Shown piece after piece: positions 60,409-64,000 of a stretch of DNA of 64,000 nt. A program made the translations under genes and the position numbers. This stretch comes from Chrysomallon squamiferum (taxonomy: Eukaryota > Animalia > Mollusca): the NCBI GenBank assembly GCA_012295275.1, contig CM022670.1, positions 7,564,001 through 7,628,000 of the forward strand. Reading direction: 5' to 3'. Position 1 is the first letter of the stretch, and each line of letters starts with the position of its first letter. The notes under the pieces were generated by a model that was given only the letters and a program-made list of their open reading frames with translations, had not been told where the DNA came from and searched no databases.

Positions 60409-62173
60409 ACACACAAATATTCATAAACACAGACATCCCATTATTAATATTAAATCGGAGATTTCCAAGATAAAACAATAGAGCGTCAGTCACACAATCA
60501 CCACTAGATTAGTTAGTTGTAACTGGACACTTTTCACTACAAATACCGCCCAGAGAGCCGGCTATCTGTCTCCGATCAGAAATTCAGGCGCTGAGCTTAA
60601 CATAAATGTTACAAGATGCTCCACAAGGCTAAATTTGATACTAGGCTTGATATCGTATTTTTACGACTCTATAAAACTGGCCATATTGACAGTGACCAGC
60701 AAGGGTTTTATGTCTCGAGCCATGACCCCTGGTCGTAAAAGTCTGGTGTGAGAGAGAAAGACAGGGGCAGATTACAAGAAAATGTAACTGTGTCTGTGTG
60801 GGGAATTGCTGACCATCTGAAACGGACACAAGTCGGATGCATTTCCCGGTGAATGTCAGTTTCGAATAGGAAATGTACACGCCCACACCGAGGGTGTGTT
60901 TGTTGTGAAATTCGCTCACTGACTCTCTGCCAATTATTTCGTTTAGTAACATTCCAAAGTAAATAGCCAGTGCTTGGAATCAAAGTTAGAGGATTTGTTT
61001 CAAAATTAATTCCTGTTCCTTAAACTTTTTTTTTTGTAGTTGTTTTGTTTTGTTTAGATAAGTTTCCTGAAGGTTTTCTAATTTTAGTAATATTTGAATA
61101 GTTATTACATTGCCAAATACATTATTTGATCTATTATAATCTGGCCACGATATAACTCAAATTTCTTCATTCTTTTGTTTGAAATTTATCATTATACTGT
61201 AACAGCTATTCTCGTTCTAACAAGGTTTGCACTAATACACACAGGAGAAAATATTTTGAATGTTCTCTTAATTCTGGTGTATAACAACAGGACAGCGGAT
61301 TTTCTCTGTAACACCATTATCACAAAACTGTTAATTTGACCAAACAGGTATCTAATATTTTTGTTTTCTGTCTTTCTTCTCCTCTTTTTTTTTCTGCCTT
61401 CATTTCTATTCTTTCTTACTTTAACTTTTTCATTCTTTCTTTTATTCATTTCTTTTTTAAAATATAACCTCCACATATATCTCGACAAACATTATCTTAA
61501 CATCAGTGCAGTTCTTCTTTTTCTTTCTTTTTCTTTCCTTTTTTACATAATCACTGAAATCTACACGGCAGGATTTGACACCTTAATCCGGCATGTTTAA
61601 ACTATAACGAAGTTCTCTCACAACCGATTCGATCATCTCTGGCACGTACCAGTTACCCGTATCAATCATGCAATCGACAGACTACTGAAATGAACATCCT
61701 GCAGTAGAACTCGCTTTGTGAAAAACGATCACCTTTCACGCACTGATCAGTATCCTCCACTAATTTCCTCCCTCGTTTCTGAACGCTCTAGCACAATCGT
61801 CTTCTTTGAGACTATTACGACACGAGTCTTTGTCCCACCGTCTTGCTCGTTCATACACGACTATCGGACACATTGTAAGCAGACCGTGGACAGGTCAGTT
61901 GACGTGATTCTGGTCAAACATTCCGATTATCAGCCATCATGGTGGTCCACGTAATTATACGTGGCTTCTGTGACATCCCGCGGTTTCCTATTAAGAGATA
62001 AGTACGTAGATTAAAACATAACAGACAACTGATGTACGATATCAGAGCCATTCGTCAGAGCACACAATTCTTTATTATGTACAGCATGATAATTAAGAAT
62101 AGAGATATCTTTCTCGTTCTCTCCCTCTATCCCTCTCTAGTTTTCTCTCACTTTCTCTTTTCTCTCACTTTCT

Positions 62174-62270
<97 letters not shown>

Positions 62271-62487
62271 GTATCTGTCTATTTCTTTGGTTTATAATTA
62301 TTTATTTTTTCATTTCCATGTAACTCCACAATGAGAATAATTGTGACAAGGAATTTAATAATTTCTGCTATTTGAAGAAAACTTCAAACAGTGAAAACAT
62401 AATATTTGTTTTATTAGAGATGGTCATCAAATATTTGTACATTCGATTCTCTTTAATTTGGAAATAAGGTTTCTTTATATGCGCTTT

Positions 62488-62603
<116 letters not shown>

Positions 62604-63743
62604 AAGAAAGGGAGAGAGAGAGAGGGTGAAAAAAAACATAACATACAGTAATTTATAATGATGTAACATTTATTTTTCCCACAAGTGTTGAAAAGCTAGC
62701 GAAGGTTTCAAGTTACAAAACTATCTTGTTGAAAAATCTCAGACAAATGAAATTTATTTTTCCCTTTCAGTCCCTCATCTGTCAAACCTTAGCCTGACTG
62801 ATTTATATTTCGTGAAAGAAATAGATTGGTTTAATAACAACTTATCATGAGGAAATCGATTACTTTATTAATGACCCATCATGAAAAAATGTACAGCTGA
62901 AATCGATTAGTTTTATTAATGAACTATCATCCAGAAAAGTACATCAGAAATTAACTACTACGTTAATCACACCATCATAAAGAAAGAAACGTACAGCTGA
63001 AATCTATTAGTTTTATTAATAACACCATAATCAGTAACTTTACAATCTCTTAAACACGCCATTTTTCTTCTTTCTTCTTTTAATACTCATCTTTGAAGTT
63101 TATTTTAATATTCTAATAACAGACAGAAAAAAGTCTCTCCACTTCGTTCTCAGGGATAGACGACAAAGGGTTAATTTCGTGCGTGTTTTACGTATCATGT
63201 TCAATTTTTCCACACATTTTTGTTTTAATACGCCATTCAGCCTTCATCTTGTTGTTTTTAGCCCGTATTTCCAGCAGGCCATTTGTTTATCCAAAACGCC
63301 GAGCGAAAAGCAGACAGACACTAAAATCGTATCCTGAGCGAAACATGATAGAAAAACGCGAGCGTGAAAAAACAAGATGTAATGATTTATTTTTCGTGTG
63401 TAAAAACAACAGTTTTTCCCTGTTCTGCTGACATTTCGCTAGTTCTTCTCAAAACAACGTCGTTTTTACAGCCCGTGTTTAACTACTGATTGATCCAGTA
63501 ACCAGATCTATATATGTTTACAAAAGAAATCTCTTTTACATATGGTGTTTGTCGATGTTTCAGCTCCCTCTAACTTAGCGCTCCTGTCGTTCTGTTTGAC
63601 ATACAGAGATGAATGGATGATTTAGGAATGTGCTATATTTTTTTTTTTTTTTTTTCTTACTTTCTGTGCAGCCGAGGTCAGAAGGTATCGAGTTCGAATC
63701 CTGTTTTTGGACAATTAATAATATTAATTGAAGAAATTGAAAT

Positions 63744-63882
<139 letters not shown>

Positions 63883-64000
63883 ATATATGAATGAATTTTC
63901 TGGGTGTAAATTTAAAAAAAAAAATAGCTTTAAACTATTCATTGTAATTAACTTCAAATAATATTATATATTTATTTTACATCCATATTTCTATTTTATA

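Noticed and set aside
63668-63710. tRNA-like gagttcgaatcc (B-box/T-loop)
   Set aside because: No cloverleaf or acceptor stem could be built; at most a decayed SINE head.

Overview
Eukaryotic, AT-rich, microsatellite-dense genomic DNA, most consistent with an invertebrate, probably a gastropod mollusc (inferred from gene families and SINE type). Most entries in the ORF track are microsatellite artefacts, so genes were rebuilt by hand from GT-AG splice sites. The left 38.5 kb holds four genes: (1) a Cys-rich class-B (Methuselah/adhesion-like) 7TM receptor on the minus strand, running off the left edge; (2) a plus-strand uncharacterised protein made of four tandem ~120-aa Trp-rich repeats in one 1.46-kb exon; (3) a ~1410-aa thioester-containing protein (iTEP/CD109-like) with 35 mapped phase-consistent exons, an intact GCGEQ and the catalytic His; (4) a two-exon 92-aa Cys/His-rich protein (CG13380-like) absent from the ORF track. 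A ~0.7-kb diverged direct repeat brackets the TEP gene. A hAT-type MITE, SINE remnants and minisatellites are present. The 38.5-64 kb region has no convincing coding exon but has many CpG-rich islands and a probable promoter/first exon near 57.7-58.0 kb. No CRISPR array, rRNA or intact tRNA was seen.
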